64,000 bases of DNA from Xylographa opegraphella. Taxonomy: Eukaryota. The stretch lies in the NCBI GenBank assembly GCA_022813865.1, contig JALDZX010000004.1, positions 124,001-188,000 of the forward strand. Reading direction: 5' to 3'. The notes under the pieces are model-generated. The model saw only the letters and a list, made by a program, of their open reading frames with translations. It was not told the DNA's origin and searched no databases. Below, one piece after another: positions 25,501 through 37,408 of this stretch. The position numbers were made by a program, and so were the translations under genes. Within the stretch, counting starts at the first letter, position 1, and each line of letters starts with the position of its first letter.

Positions 25501-25573
25501 TCCGACTCAACATATCCGTTATTCCCACACCGGATTTCGTCTGACTCAACATATTCGTTGATCGCATACAGGA
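25501..25573. repeat. Imperfect ~34-bp direct repeat upstream of PTC1 (period 39)
   Basis: tccgactcaacatatccgtt..cgga and tctgactcaacatattcgtt..agga; the second copy contains TGACTCA. Confidence 0.7.
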
Positions 25574-25847
25574 GCGAAGAGTCTCAGCATTCCCCTGTAG
25601 GTCTCCAAAGCCTTCTATCAACCTCAAATGCACATCTAGCTTTGCGACCTGATTGGTTTGGGTAGCCCAGCTGATAAATCATTTCTAGAACCAAAGATTG
25701 AGCCGAGACCATAACATTTCGATCAAACATCTTCCAGGCAATTTTCCGTGGTGCGATTCTATATCAAGAATATCTCAGTAACCTGCAATCAAGCTGGCAG
25801 GGAATAAAGGGAGAAGATTCTCCCGGGAAGGGGGCCTGCTGAACAAA

Positions 25848-27694
25848 ATGTTTGGCACTTCCGCAAGTCCCACAAAAGACCACGAGCAAGCACTCACATC
25901 CTCAACGTCCTCAAGCACTCCAAGCGGTCCGGGGAGTATCCCTCACAACGTTAGTCTTGAGGTTGATAATGACGACAATGCTACTAGTGGAGAAAAGCGA
26001 AATAGCATAAGCACATCGTCCACCCGAAAGTCAAGTGAAGATCCTGGCTCTGGCGCGGACAAAAAGAGACGAAGTAGTGGAGTGGCCAAGGCCAGCGCCT
26101 TTCTTGCGAACGCAAAGAACTCCCTCCACCTCTCTCATCCACCACATCCACCCAATCCTGATGGTTCTTCTTCGCCTCAACAAACGTCGATGCAGAAGCT
26201 CGGCAGGACAGATCCGGCGCTCAGTGTTCCTCAAGGCTCCTTAAACAATTCTGCGGGTGAATCTCGGCCTGGACCCCGTTCGACATTTTATGTAGGAGTC
26301 ACGGAAGATCGAAATAAAAAGTGCAGACGTACGATGGAGGACACGCATGCGTATTTGTACAATTTTCTGAGCACTCCTGCACCCGTCATTGGATCGGATG
26401 CAAAGTCGATATCCAGTAGAAAGAGCGGAGAAACCAAAGATGGATCGGATTCCAGCACCGACCTAACGACTATCTCACAAAGGGTTGTTGAAACGGACAA
26501 TGGCTTTTTTGCTATCTACGACGGGCATGCAGGGACATTTGCAGCAGACTGGTGCGGCAAAAAACTCCATGTAATACTGGAGGATATAATAAGAAGGAAT
26601 CCCAATTCGGCGATTCCGGAGCTCCTTGATCAGACTTTCACGAGCGTTGACCAGCAGCTCGAGAAGCTTCCCTTGAAAAACAGTGGCTGCACTGCAATAT
26701 GCGCTGTTCTGCGATGGGAAGACAGGATACCGAACCCCCAGTCCGCGACAGGCTCCACTGCGATGGCTCCCGTCGCGGCAGCGGTTGCGAAGGCTCATGA
26801 GACTTCGAGTAATGGTGTTACGCCAGAGTCTACATCCAATTTGGCGCCTCAGGTGCAAGCTGCCATGAATGCTCCCACAACGGCGGCCGCTCTACCCAAG
26901 CTTCAGGAATCAGCTTCACGCCAACGTGTTCTATATACCGCAAATGTTGGCGACGCGCGAATAGTCCTCTGTCGCAATGGGAAAGCACTGAGATTATCTT
27001 ACGACCACAAAGGTAGCGATGAGAACGAAGGACGGCGTATAACTAACGCAGGCGGCCTCATCCTAAATAATCGTGTCAACGGCGTGCTAGCGGTAACCCG
27101 GGCTCTTGGAGACACTTATATGAAGGACCTTGTAACTGGACACCCCTACACAACAGAAACAGTTATTCAGCCCGATATCGACGAATTTCTAATTCTCGCT
27201 TGCGATGGTGTAAGTTATATTCCTTCTTCTTCTTGCTAGTCGAGTCATTCAACTTACTCTTCAAGCTTTGGGACGTCTGCACTGACCAAGAAGCGGTCGA
27301 CCTCATCCGCCATACCTCTGACCCACAACTCGCTTCCAAGCAGCTCGTCGATCACGCTCTTGCCCGCTTCTCCACTGACAACCTCTCCTGCATGGTTGTT
27401 CAGTTTGACAACAAAGCTCTGCGTCAGACGGTCGAGCACAAAACTGAGCCCATTGGTGTCGAAGGCGACCCATCTTCAACAAAGAAGGGTGGCATTAGCG
27501 AAGCCGACGCAATTGTCAAGGAAGCGCGGAAAAGCATGGGGGACGCAACGCTCGTGGGCGGCGGAGCAGACGAGGAGAAGGCGCAGCTCAACCAGGAAGT
27601 GATCGCCGAGGAGGCGGGGAAGGAGGAAGGTCCAGAGTTGGCGGAATATCCGGTGCTCGCGAAATACTTGAACGAGCACAAGGCCAAGAAATGA
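25848..27694 (+). CDS. PTC1: Protein phosphatase 2C (PTC1 type)
   Basis: [56 protein letters not shown]. Intron 27210-27265. Confidence 0.96.
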
Positions 27695-28375
27695 CGTTGG
27701 AGAGTTGAAGGGCCGCGGGAGAGTGAGCACAGAGCATGCAGAGGTCGAGTTATGATGATATACGAACAAACGCGGCGGGTTGCACTTGTGAATGGCAGGT
27801 TCTCTCCGGATGAGTTCCTGGCTGACGGAGCGGGCTACGCGGGTGCTGCTTCTTCGCGGCACGCTGTATTGGGGGTCCAGGGCGAGCCTTTTGCTATTCC
27901 GCTTTACTGGGTACTGTGCAGGCGCCACGAGCGGATTTTGCGGAAACGAGTTGACTGAGCGTCCGGGTATTGATAGAACTTACGGGAATGCATTGCAGGG
28001 ACCCCTCTGAGGCTGTATGACCACGACCGTGGTTTCACACGAGCCCAAAGGTGCAGGCAGGGAAGCTGTGTGTGCTTCTGCCCTTGTATCTTGCGGGCGG
28101 AGATGTGGGTCTTGCTGTATGCTTTTCGTGTGCAGTGTGCACGCCCCGTGCCTGGGAGATTGTAGTGTATACAGATCAGCAGCGGCATGTACACTTTCCT
28201 TCCCCTCCATCCCGCTATCAGAACCTTCCGAACGAGCAGAGCAGAACGCCACCCCCCAACATGCTTCCCATCCCTTCCCAGCGAAATAAAAGCCGACCCG
28301 GTACACAATCGCTTTAACGGCCAACCGACTATCATCCCTCATAAAGCACTCGCAATCCCCCTGCCAGGGATGTCC

Positions 28376-31282
28376 CTAAACCAAAACTCCGCTCTCGTAC
28401 CCGCCCGCCACGCCCGGCGCCGCGCCCTCGAGGTCCACAGCTTCCACGCCCCGTCTACCCTCCGCGCTCTCGCGGACCAAGTTCCCGAAGTACTTGCGCG
28501 CGACCTCGCTCTCGCGCTTGACCTTGACTGTATCGGCGCGCTGCTGCTGGATGCTCTGAACGGAACGCTCGAGGCCGGCGCGCAGCTGGTCGGCCGGGAA
28601 GCGCAGCACGCGCGCGACCTCGGTGGAGATGCGCTGTGCGTTGAGGTGCGTATAGTTGAGGGTGGCGAGGGAGGTGGCGAGGCGGGCGGAGAGAAGGGGG
28701 GGTAGGGTGGTGGGGATGCGGAGGAGGAGGTAGGTGGTTGAGAGGATAGCTGTGAGGGTTGTTAGCATGTTGAGATGATATGAGAAATAGGAGATGGGGG
28801 AGGTGGGCAAACACGTACCAGTGGCGATAAGACCAGGGATGATCATGCGTTTGACATTTCCTGTGCCGAGGACCTTGACGGTGCCCAGAACGCCGTCTAA
28901 CCAGCCTACGCCGCCTACGAGGCGTCCGCCCAACACGCCCACTACCGTCATCGCCATCCCTGTACCGGCGACCTTCTCCTGTCGCGCCCACAGGCCGCTG
29001 ATGTCGAAGAAGTCCCAGATTTCGACTTGCGTGTCGATCTGCCGCGCAAGCGCATCCTTTCGCCGACGAAACATCAGGTCCTGCCGGAAGCTCATATCGG
29101 TGTACTCGCTCCCGAGGTGGAGTAGGCCGAGGGATTTGATGGTGTTCACGCCGGCAACGGCTCTTCCCCGGGCATTGTCTTCGCATTGCGACACTGCGGC
29201 GGCGATCTCGTCAAGCATGGCAGCTTTAAGATCCTCCGCGTACTGAAAAGCGTTGAGGAGACCAGGGTACGGGACGCCGAGATCAGCGTCGGCGACGCGG
29301 GTGATGGTGGTGGTAAGGGTGTCGTATGTATTCTTGTAGACTGCGGCGCTCTCAGAATCAATAGTGCGTTCTATCTCTTCACTGACTTCTGTGCGGGCCT
29401 TTTTGGATTGCTCGTACACCGGTTCGAGCTCGGTGAGCTCGTTTGTGACGCGATCGAGCTCGCTCTGAGCAACGTCGCGATTTACAACGGCCAGTGTATT
29501 GAGATCGTTGAGGACGTTGAGGAGGTAGGTCTTTGCAGGTGCAAGCTTAGAGCGCGCACGCTTTTCGAGCACGAAGCGGCGAAGGGCGCCTTCGAGTTGC
29601 TCAAAATCACGGAGCTTCTCTCGCTCCTTGCCCTTGCCGTTTCCAGGAGGTGAACCTGGCTCGCCGTGCTTGGCCAACGACTCATCATCTTCTGCATCGT
29701 CGCGGGAAGGGTCTGAACTTCCACCACTGGAACTTCCGCCCCCGCCTCCGGGGTTGCCGCCTGGAGGACCTGTGGCCGGAGCTACAGGTATCGCATTGCT
29801 AGAAACGAAGTGAACAAGCTCGGACGATTCCTTGAATGTCCGTGGGCTCAAGTTAGCGACCTGTTCCAGTACCATCCGCTTGCACCGTTCTTTGTCTCTA
29901 ATGTTGTCGTAGCCATTGACGACAATGAAGATGTATGCTTTCTCATGAGCTGCATTCCAGATGAATTCCTTAGCCGAGAGAGTAAAATGGTTTGCGGCCG
30001 ATACCACGAAAACGACCACGTCAATCTCCTCTTGCCGGGCGAAGACAGCAGTAGTCTTTAACGAGTCCGAGTTCAGCCCAGGAGCATCGATTATTGAGAT
30101 GTCCACGACACCGTTGTTGAGTAACGATTCGTCAATGGTCCGTATGTCCTTCACGTAGACCTTGCACTGCATGTACTGTGTATTATCTGTGACAATCTTC
30201 TCAAGCTCTTGCAGGGTATAGACATCGTAGGTGCTCTCGTCATTTCGATTGTACACTTCGTCTTTGTGCACAGCATGAACTTCTTCGATTCCTCCGTTTT
30301 CTCGAGCATCCAGGACCTCGCAGAATATACTCGTACATGGTTGCTGGTCTTCTGGGAGCACCTTCCGTCGGAGCAGCGCGTTACAGAATGTTGACTTTCC
30401 AGCATTCAGATCCCCAGTCACAAGCACTTTGCTCGATGTGTCCTCTATCCTATCTCGTAATGATTGGAGATGCCGTACGCTTTGATTTATTTTTCCGTCC
30501 AGCAACGATGCCAATGCCCTCCTGTCCATCGAATGTGCGATCTCACTTTGCGCCAATCCCTGGAGCTTAAGATCCAGTTTCAGGATTGAGAAGTCTTGAG
30601 CCACTTGAGGTGTTATAAGCCGTTCTGGAGCCGTCTCTGATGGCTTGTGGATGGTAGCAGCTGCTGATGAGGCTTCTCCAAGTGAGGTAGCAGCTCTCCG
30701 AGGTCCCGGTCGTAACGAAGTAGTGTCAACCAGAGAGTGTGTTTCGCCTACAGTTGACTGCGTATGTATCATGCCAGGTCTAGGATCGGGTCTCGACGGC
30801 GTCGGCTCGTGAACAGGTTGAACAGAAGGATAATGCGCCGGCCACGTCGAATTCATCTGTTGAAGATCCCTCAGTGTGTCCACCGTCCGATTGATCGCCC
30901 TCCCAAGAGCCACCCGGTTCTGATTGTAGTATAATTGATGAACATGACTAGCAAGTACCCGCCTCTCATTCTCTGCAGCCGGGTTGTCTTCCCCCATAAT
31001 AGTCGGTGTATGGCTTGGTGTAGGCATGTCGTGTGTTAGGCCTGGATGCCATCCTCTCACATTACCATCGTTGGTATAGCTATCGCCTGTGATACTTCCT
31101 CCATATCCAGAATCATCGTCCAGTGATGCTACCAGTGCTGCTGCGCTCGCAGATGTAGAGCCCGATCCCACTGTCATGTAATGCGGCCGGGTAGTGCTCC
31201 GAGATGATGCGGTGTTGTTAGCGGATCGAATTGAGGAGGGGCGCGGCGAAGCTCTTCCGTCGGATGACCCATCGCCAGTCAT
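28376..31282 (-). CDS. FZO1: Mitofusin, transmembrane GTPase Fzo1
   Basis: GDLNAGKST (G1), QPCT (G2), DAPG (G3), FVLEKRARSKLAPAKTY and two TM segments. Intron 28818-28750. Confidence 0.97.
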   Translation of the reverse strand: MTGDGSSDGRASPRPSSIRSANNTASSRSTTRPHYMTVGSGSTSASAAALVASLDDDSGYGGSITGDSYTNDGNVRGWHPGLTHDMPTPSHTPTIMGEDNPAAENERRVLASHVHQLYYNQNRVALGRAINRTVDTLRDLQQMNSTWPAHYPSVQPVHEPTPSRPDPRPGMIHTQSTVGETHSLVDTTSLRPGPRRAATSLGEASSAAATIHKPSETAPERLITPQVAQDFSILKLDLKLQGLAQSEIAHSMDRRALASLLDGKINQSVRHLQSLRDRIEDTSSKVLVTGDLNAGKSTFCNALLRRKVLPEDQQPCTSIFCEVLDARENGGIEEVHAVHKDEVYNRNDESTYDVYTLQELEKIVTDNTQYMQCKVYVKDIRTIDESLLNNGVVDISIIDAPGLNSDSLKTTAVFARQEEIDVVVFVVSAANHFTLSAKEFIWNAAHEKAYIFIVVNGYDNIRDKERCKRMVLEQVANLSPRTFKESSELVHFVSSNAIPVAPATGPPGGNPGGGGGSSSGGSSDPSRDDAEDDESLAKHGEPGSPPGNGKGKEREKLRDFEQLEGALRRFVLEKRARSKLAPAKTYLLNVLNDLNTLAVVNRDVAQSELDRVTNELTELEPVYEQSKKARTEVSEEIERTIDSESAAVYKNTYDTLTTTITRVADADLGVPYPGLLNAFQYAEDLKAAMLDEIAAAVSQCEDNARGRAVAGVNTIKSLGLLHLGSEYTDMSFRQDLMFRRRKDALARQIDTQVEIWDFFDISGLWARQEKVAGTGMAMTVVGVLGGRLVGGVGWLDGVLGTVKVLGTGNVKRMIIPGLIATGTCLPTSPISYFSYHLNMLTTLTAILSTTYLLLRIPTTLPPLLSARLATSLATLNYTHLNAQRISTEVARVLRFPADQLRAGLERSVQSIQQQRADTVKVKRESEVARKYFGNLVRESAEGRRGVEAVDLEGAAPGVAGGYESGVLV

Positions 31283-31578
31283 TGTCACAAAAAACTTGAA
31301 AGTATAGGAAAGAGCAGAGCTGAAGCGATATCAGTTAATGATAGTGAAGTCGAAAGAAAGGAATTTGCCATCCTGTTGACCAGTCTTGGCGCGACCTGCA
31401 TTCCACTAGCGTCTCCGGCGAGATGCAAGCGAGACCGAGACGTCATTGCGAGGCAGCGATGTTTAGGGTAAGCTTTGCATACATAACACAAGGCATCAGC
31501 CCTTTCGCAGCAACAAACGAAAAGCCCGCTGATCTTGCACACTTTACCCATTCCTAATACTCTATTACTCTCTTCAAT

Positions 31579-32477
31579 ATGAACTTAAGTTTTGTGTCCG
31601 CCGCTAACCACGTACTCCATTGCTGACCATCACCACAGATTGTTGAATGGGCCTTCGGCCGGCGCATGACACCCCAAGAACGCCTCCGCAAGCACCAGAG
31701 AGCGCTCGAGAAAACTCAGCGTGAGCTGGATCGCGAGCGTGTGAAGCTCGAAAACCAAGAGAAGAAACTTATCCAAGACATTAAAAAGAGTGCCAAGAAT
31801 GGCCAGATGGGGGCATGCAAAATCCAGGCCAAGGACTTGGTCAGGACAAGACGGTAAGTCCCTCACCCTTAGTAGATAGTGGTCCTAGGCGACAAGAGCC
31901 AGCAGCGTAATCACTGCTAATACACTCACTCTTAGGTACATCCAGAAGTTCTACCAAATGCGTACCCAACTGCAAGCCGTCTCCCTACGTATCCAAACCG
32001 TACGCTCGAACGAGCAGATGATGCAGTCGATGAAGGGCGCAACGTCTCTGCTCGGCAGTATGAATCGCAGCATGAACCTCCCAGCGCTGCAACGGATAGC
32101 GATGGAGTTTGAGAAGGAGAATGACATCATGGACCAGCGGCAGGAGATGATGGACGACGCGATTGACGATGTGACGGGCTTGGAGGACGAAGAGGAGAGC
32201 GAGGACGTCGTGAAGGAGGTGCTGGACGAGATAGGGATTGATTTAGGGCAGGCGGTGAGTCTCACTCCTAAAGCAGTGATGGCTTTTAAGCTGGAAGGCT
32301 CTATACTGACTCTTTTCCATTCAGATGGGCGAAACCCCTTCAGGGCTACAGAAGAACGCTGTCGCCGACGGCCGCGTGGCGGAAGCTATAGGCGGCCCTG
32401 CCGCTGGGGGTGGTGGCGGCGGCGCGACGAGCGGTGACGATGATCTGCAAGCTCGACTCGACAGCCTGCGGCGGTAG
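31579..32477 (+). CDS. VPS2: ESCRT-III subunit Vps2/Did4 (CHMP2A)
   Basis: IVEWAFG.RMTPQERLRKHQRALEK, AKDLVRTRRYIQKFY, DDDLQARLDSLRR (MIM1). Exons ~31579-31584, 31639-31853, 31936-32254, 32325-32477. Confidence 0.96.
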
Positions 32478-33296
32478 TCCCCCAAAATAGTAAGCAAGGA
32501 AGCAGCTTTGACATTGCAGAACAATCTTTGGCATATTCGGAGTTCAGGAGCGGGGTTCAACGATAGATCTAGCAGGCACCGATACGTTGTCATGGAATTT
32601 TGGTGGCGGAAACAAGGTGTATCGGCAGATTTCATGCCCCATGTTACGGTACTACAGCAGGTTCGACTAGGGCCAGAGCAGAGGTCTCGCGAGCCCTACA
32701 ATCTACAGCGCGCTTCGTGGCGCGAGTTGTGTGAAAGCATACCAAGAGTTATTTGTTGAAATTAGACTATCCAGTATCATGTATGGTAGTTATGAGGCCC
32801 TCAGCCAAGGAGAAAATTAGGTACCCAGACACTGCTTGCTATAGCTAGAACTCCTTTTGGTACCATACATACCTCGCTTGGTGGACGGGTAGACGAGCAT
32901 CCTCCTGACCCAAGACATAGCTACTATAACCGGCGCCTTATGCTCAATGGAACTTTCAGGCCGGTTCGAAGCTATACATTCAAAAATAAGGGAACTGCCA
33001 AAGACGCTTTCAAGCACTATGAAACATCACAGAGTATATATATTCCCTCATAGCAAAGCTCCGTGCATTAGGTTCTTGCATTATCCAAATGCCAGTCGAG
33101 CCGCCATCCAAAACAAGGTTTCTCCATCTTCTATAAAGCGCTACGGATACCCGTGGTACACCGAACCCCAGTACGAATGATGTAATCCAAATCTCTCAAG
33201 CACCCTAGTATTTCTTCGAAATATAACATCTATCCACAGATCTGAACAGCACACTCCAGCGCACATATATAAACAAAACGACACCATTCACAGGGG

Positions 33297-35498
33297 TTAT
33301 TGAGTAACGGCGGTTCCAATGGGCTCCCACATCCTCCGCTCGTCCATGCTGCGGTTGATCCTCCCCCCAGGAGTTAACGGGAGATCTATCCTCGAGGGGC
33401 TTCTCACACCATCCTCCTCATCCCCCAGATCGTCCGCCAGCCGTGCAAAATAATCCGCAAGCCCGTTCTGGGGGTCACCGCTGATGAGAGTTTCATATCT
33501 GGGTGGAGGGGTGACCATAGGGGGCGGAGGGTCCTCCTCGTCGAAAGGGGGCGGGTTGAAGGATGGGGCGCGGAGAAGATGGATGGGTCTGCTGATTCCG
33601 GGATCTTGATCGTGCACATGAGCGGCTGGAGGTCGAGCCAGGCTCTCGATCGGGTCGTTGACTCTTGAAGACGAGACGTTTGCTACGTTGCGAAGGGAGC
33701 TGAGAGCTGAAGCGGAGAAGAGTGATGTGTTCTTGCGTCTTGGGGCGTCGGGGCAACCGCATTCAAACTGGTCTGCCACGTCGTTGATTGAGTCGGGTGA
33801 CGAATAAGCTGGTAGTGCAGTATTCGCTTGTGTTGCTCGACAGGAGAGTATATTGAAAGGAGAGTCGATTGAAATTTCAAAATGGCGGTGTTTGGTGGGA
33901 TCTTCGGTATCGGGTTTTGACAGGCGCATGACGATCTGTAGCAAGTCAGTGGATGGAAAACATACATGTACTAAAAATATCATACCTTTATCCAGTGATG
34001 CACTTGGATGCCTTGATACGTCGTGTCGAAATGTAGCCTAGCAGCCTTTTCTCTCTCTTGCATAGCGTGGCAGCTAGGTAATTGTACATTGAATTCCATC
34101 TCGGTTGGTCCAACGTTGTGTTCCCCGTCGAGGTTCCCCAATAGGTTGGTAGCATCCCGTGGCACATTTTCATCGCCTCTAGCTGCAGCTTCTCGTCCAT
34201 CATACGCGACTCCGCCTCCAGCTGTGATGCGAACCGAGCTACCTGGATAGGCGCTTACACTGGGGGCATCAGCACGTTTTTCGAACAGCTGAATCTTGCG
34301 AGTCGGCTCCAAACGATGGACACGTTTGTTGCCCGTGTAGTATTGTATATTTTCCGTCACGTAGACCTTAATTCGATGGCATTGCACCTTTGCGAGTGGT
34401 GTCAATTTGAACGCTATAGGAACTTGAGCACCTAGTGGAAAAGATTTGCCAGAGATGACAATATCATAATGCAATTGGTCTTCCCAGTCCCTGGATATGG
34501 CTATGGGCTCCACAGTCTCAAGAGAATTCTCAGCTGGTGCTCGAATGAGTGTGACCTCTTTTGCGCCCACAAGGTTTGCGCGGAATGCCCCTGCTCGCTC
34601 GACAATAGCTTCCAACTCATACCTCACTTTTCCGAGCTCAACGTCGATAGTCTCGGGTAACCGGGAATCTATCGGAAGTTCGAAATTGTAGATGTAGTCT
34701 CCAGGTGTGAAGGTTCGATAACCTTTTTGGGCAACTGAAGGCCCTCCATTAGCCGAGTCCCCTTTGCCAAAGCTCCTCGATTGGTCGAGTTGTAATGATA
34801 GCCGTTTTGTATCTTTGGAGTTCATGGATTCGGACGTCACTTTCGAAGATCTTCTGAATTGATCAAATGATGTTGATGTAACGCCGGGAGAGAGAAGCTC
34901 TTGTACGGTCGAGGTGGGCACTTTGAGCGGTTGGACATTGTCCGCACCATGACCAAGCTCTGCCGTTTGAAACTGTGCGTTGAAAAAAGGCCATGTGTGA
35001 TTCATAATACTTACGACGTCTTTGAACTCCACTTTCTTAGGCGGAATCCCTGTTCGATTGGTCAGTATATATGAGGGAGTTCCAATGTCCTCTGACGCTT
35101 CGCTCAGACGTACCCTCAGGCCATTCAGTCTCTGCTCGTCCCCGGAATCTTAGGGTAACAGCCTTTATCTTCGCACTTTTCAGGACCTTCAGATGGAAAC
35201 TTCCTCGAAGCATGGTCGTAGTGCGATTATTGACATCTTGTTGATCAAACCCTTGCAAATATAAAACTGGCTCAGCCAGTGCAATGGATATGGATACCCC
35301 ATTGCCAGAAGCTACCGGCTTCTCGTCTCCAATCGTAGGCACTATACCTGCGATAGTACTCCCGGCCGATTGTCTTGAGTCCGTTGACAATTTTCGCACA
35401 TTATCGACAAGTGATGACCGGTGTAGCATTCCACTCACTGGGCCCCCGACTGTCCCTGAGCCTGGCTGTGAATTCCGCCCGTGTCCTCCTAATTGCAT
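33297..35498 (-). CDS. Alpha-arrestin (ART, Aly1/Aly2-like Rsp5/NEDD4 adaptor)
   Basis: Arrestin-N/C motifs (EPVLYLQG, LRFRGRAETEWPEGIPP, YIYNFELP, WEDQLHYDIVISGK, HFEISIDSP) and PY motifs LPAY and PPRY. Introns 35113-35050 and 33985-33936. Confidence 0.92.
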
Positions 35499-35513
35499 CC
35501 CTGCAACCGATGA

Positions 35514-35861
35514 CTACCCCAGCGACCTCCGGGAAGACGAATACGATCCTGTACCACTGGGACTTGGTTCTCTTCTTGTTGTATCCGCAGTGTGATGACT
35601 TGAAGTGACGAACCGAAAGAACCTTTTCGCGTTGTCTCTGGAAGTTGCCAATTTGCTGAACTTGACGGCCTTCGAAGAGTGTCGCGCCGACCCTGCTTCA
35701 GCACGCAAGCTTTGACCACCGGCTTCGACGATGCGTAAGATTTGTGGGCGAGGCGCCCGAGGTCGGATATACACAACCGGACGCTGTTGAGTTGAACCGG
35801 TCCGAGGTGGAGCGCAGTAGAGGTGGCCTCTGCTCGAGGGAATCTCCAAGTAGTCTGCCAT
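35514..35861 (-). CDS. 115-aa ORF in frame with the arrestin and separated from it by one UAG; probable arrestin N-terminal extension
   Basis: 35861-35498 = 363 nt (121 codons), so both ORFs share a frame. Junction reads GGG TAG TCA TCG GTT GCA GGG ATG. Confidence 0.55.
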   Translation of the reverse strand: MADYLEIPSSRGHLYCAPPRTGSTQQRPVVYIRPRAPRPQILRIVEAGGQSLRAEAGSARHSSKAVKFSKLATSRDNAKRFFRFVTSSHHTADTTRREPSPSGTGSYSSSRRSLG

Positions 35862-37408
35862 GCTGGGTGATCAGTATTCTTCTTCAAAGACTGGACACTG
35901 TTCTGCTGGAAATCAAGACGAAGGGGTATTTGGGCACATGCTGACAGTACAGGAATGCCGGGGGGCAGCCGACAGTGGTGCTGATGCTGATGAAGCAAAC
36001 ACCACACCACCTCATCCGCAGTGATGAACAACAATGAACATACTGACCCTTGCAAGGCGTGATTGCCAGATGATCGTTTCAAAACCAGTGATACGGGTAT
36101 CGAGTAGCGAACGCAGTATAAACAACTGTTCCAGACCCAGTTCAGGTTGTCGGGCACTGGAGTGGCCCTTTTATTCAATACGACCAGGTTCCGGAGCAAA
36201 GCAAGCCAGTATAGGACAGTGGTGTGACGAAGTTCAGGTCTCGATACTGTGGACAAGCATGCTTCTCACACGATGACGCTTGTATGAAGACGGCAAGCAC
36301 GGCGTGAAGCGAGTGGTGTAAAGTACCTTGTGGTGTGGCCCACGGCTTGTCGCGGGCTTTGTGGTCCAAATGGCAGCAGAGGATCCGGGTTGAGATGACG
36401 CCGATGGTGTCTACGACGACTACAACGGACGGATGAGATGGCTTTCTACCCTAAAGTCTTCCTCGAATGTCGTAACATCATGGCCCACAACAGTGGCTGC
36501 GTACGAACGACGGCAGTCAGTTTACAGTGGACTCCACTAGCGATTACTCGTGATTCGACTGGAACTATCCGGGATCTAGAACGCTTGAAAGCTTGAAAGC
36601 AGCAAATAATACAAGGTACGGAGTACGTAGTAAATAGAGAGTACCTACCTTAGCCCGCGGAAGGCACGGCTAAGCAGGAAAAATCCACACGAATTCGTCA
36701 CTTTCACCACTGCACCACTTTCCCATAGGCCATCCTCACATTCTCACACCACCCCTCTCCCTTTACGATATCCACTTGCATTCAGCATTGGATGCAGAAA
36801 CGGTTTGAGAATAAATTGAACATGATAGACTGCAGCCTACTCTCAGATATTCCTGAGACTACCAGGTTCTCCTTTTGTGGTGATTAAAGCACATACGTAC
36901 CTCCAAGCAAGAGAACACGCGTTGAGGCTCCTGGAGGTCAATCATTACCGCTTCCGTCCACCACCAATGAGCCTTTACCGGTCGAGCCGGTTATGAAGTT
37001 GTTCCAGTTCATGTCGCGCATGTCAGCCCACCGAATGAACTCCTGCCAGTTGATGCTGTGCTTGAGCGGTGGTGGTTATGTCATCCCAGGACACCAAAAT
37101 GTCTCTCGATTGCACATGGTTGTAGATGAAGGAAGGAAAATGGCTCGGATGGTACTGGATGTCAATATCACGCGGCCATCGTCATCCCAGCTTCTTTATC
37201 ACGAAGCTTTATACCGTCCCTGAACTCAGGGATTCACAACTTGCATCGTTGCGACAGTACGCATGACAGGTATCTAATTAATAGCTGTCGGTGCGGCGCT
37301 TCCTGGGGTGACTAAGCACATCTGCCCTGTCGCCTCGCGTGTTTTCGCTCGTATCTCTCTCCTGCCACCCGTCCAAGCTGTTTGCGTTGCCCGACTCATG
37401 GCGAAGAC

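Noticed and set aside
25501..25573. Spaced direct repeats superficially like a CRISPR unit
   Set aside because: Only two degenerate copies, eukaryotic context and no cas genes; a simple tandem duplication.
27263..27265. AAG 3' splice sites in PTC1 and in DPB11 (39107-39109)
   Set aside because: AAG acceptors are a known minor class in fungi, and both restore conserved frames.
28750..28818. Apparent 23-aa insertion in the FZO1 membrane region
   Set aside because: It is a stop-free 69-nt intron with canonical GTACGT/GCTAAC/CAG signals.
35489..36256. 255-aa ORF overlapping the arrestin 5' region
   Set aside because: TTG start, no recognisable domain, and a different frame from the arrestin; probably a shadow ORF.
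36930..37223. Protein-like stretch between the arrestin and DPB11
   Set aside because: Short, interrupted by stops and unassignable.
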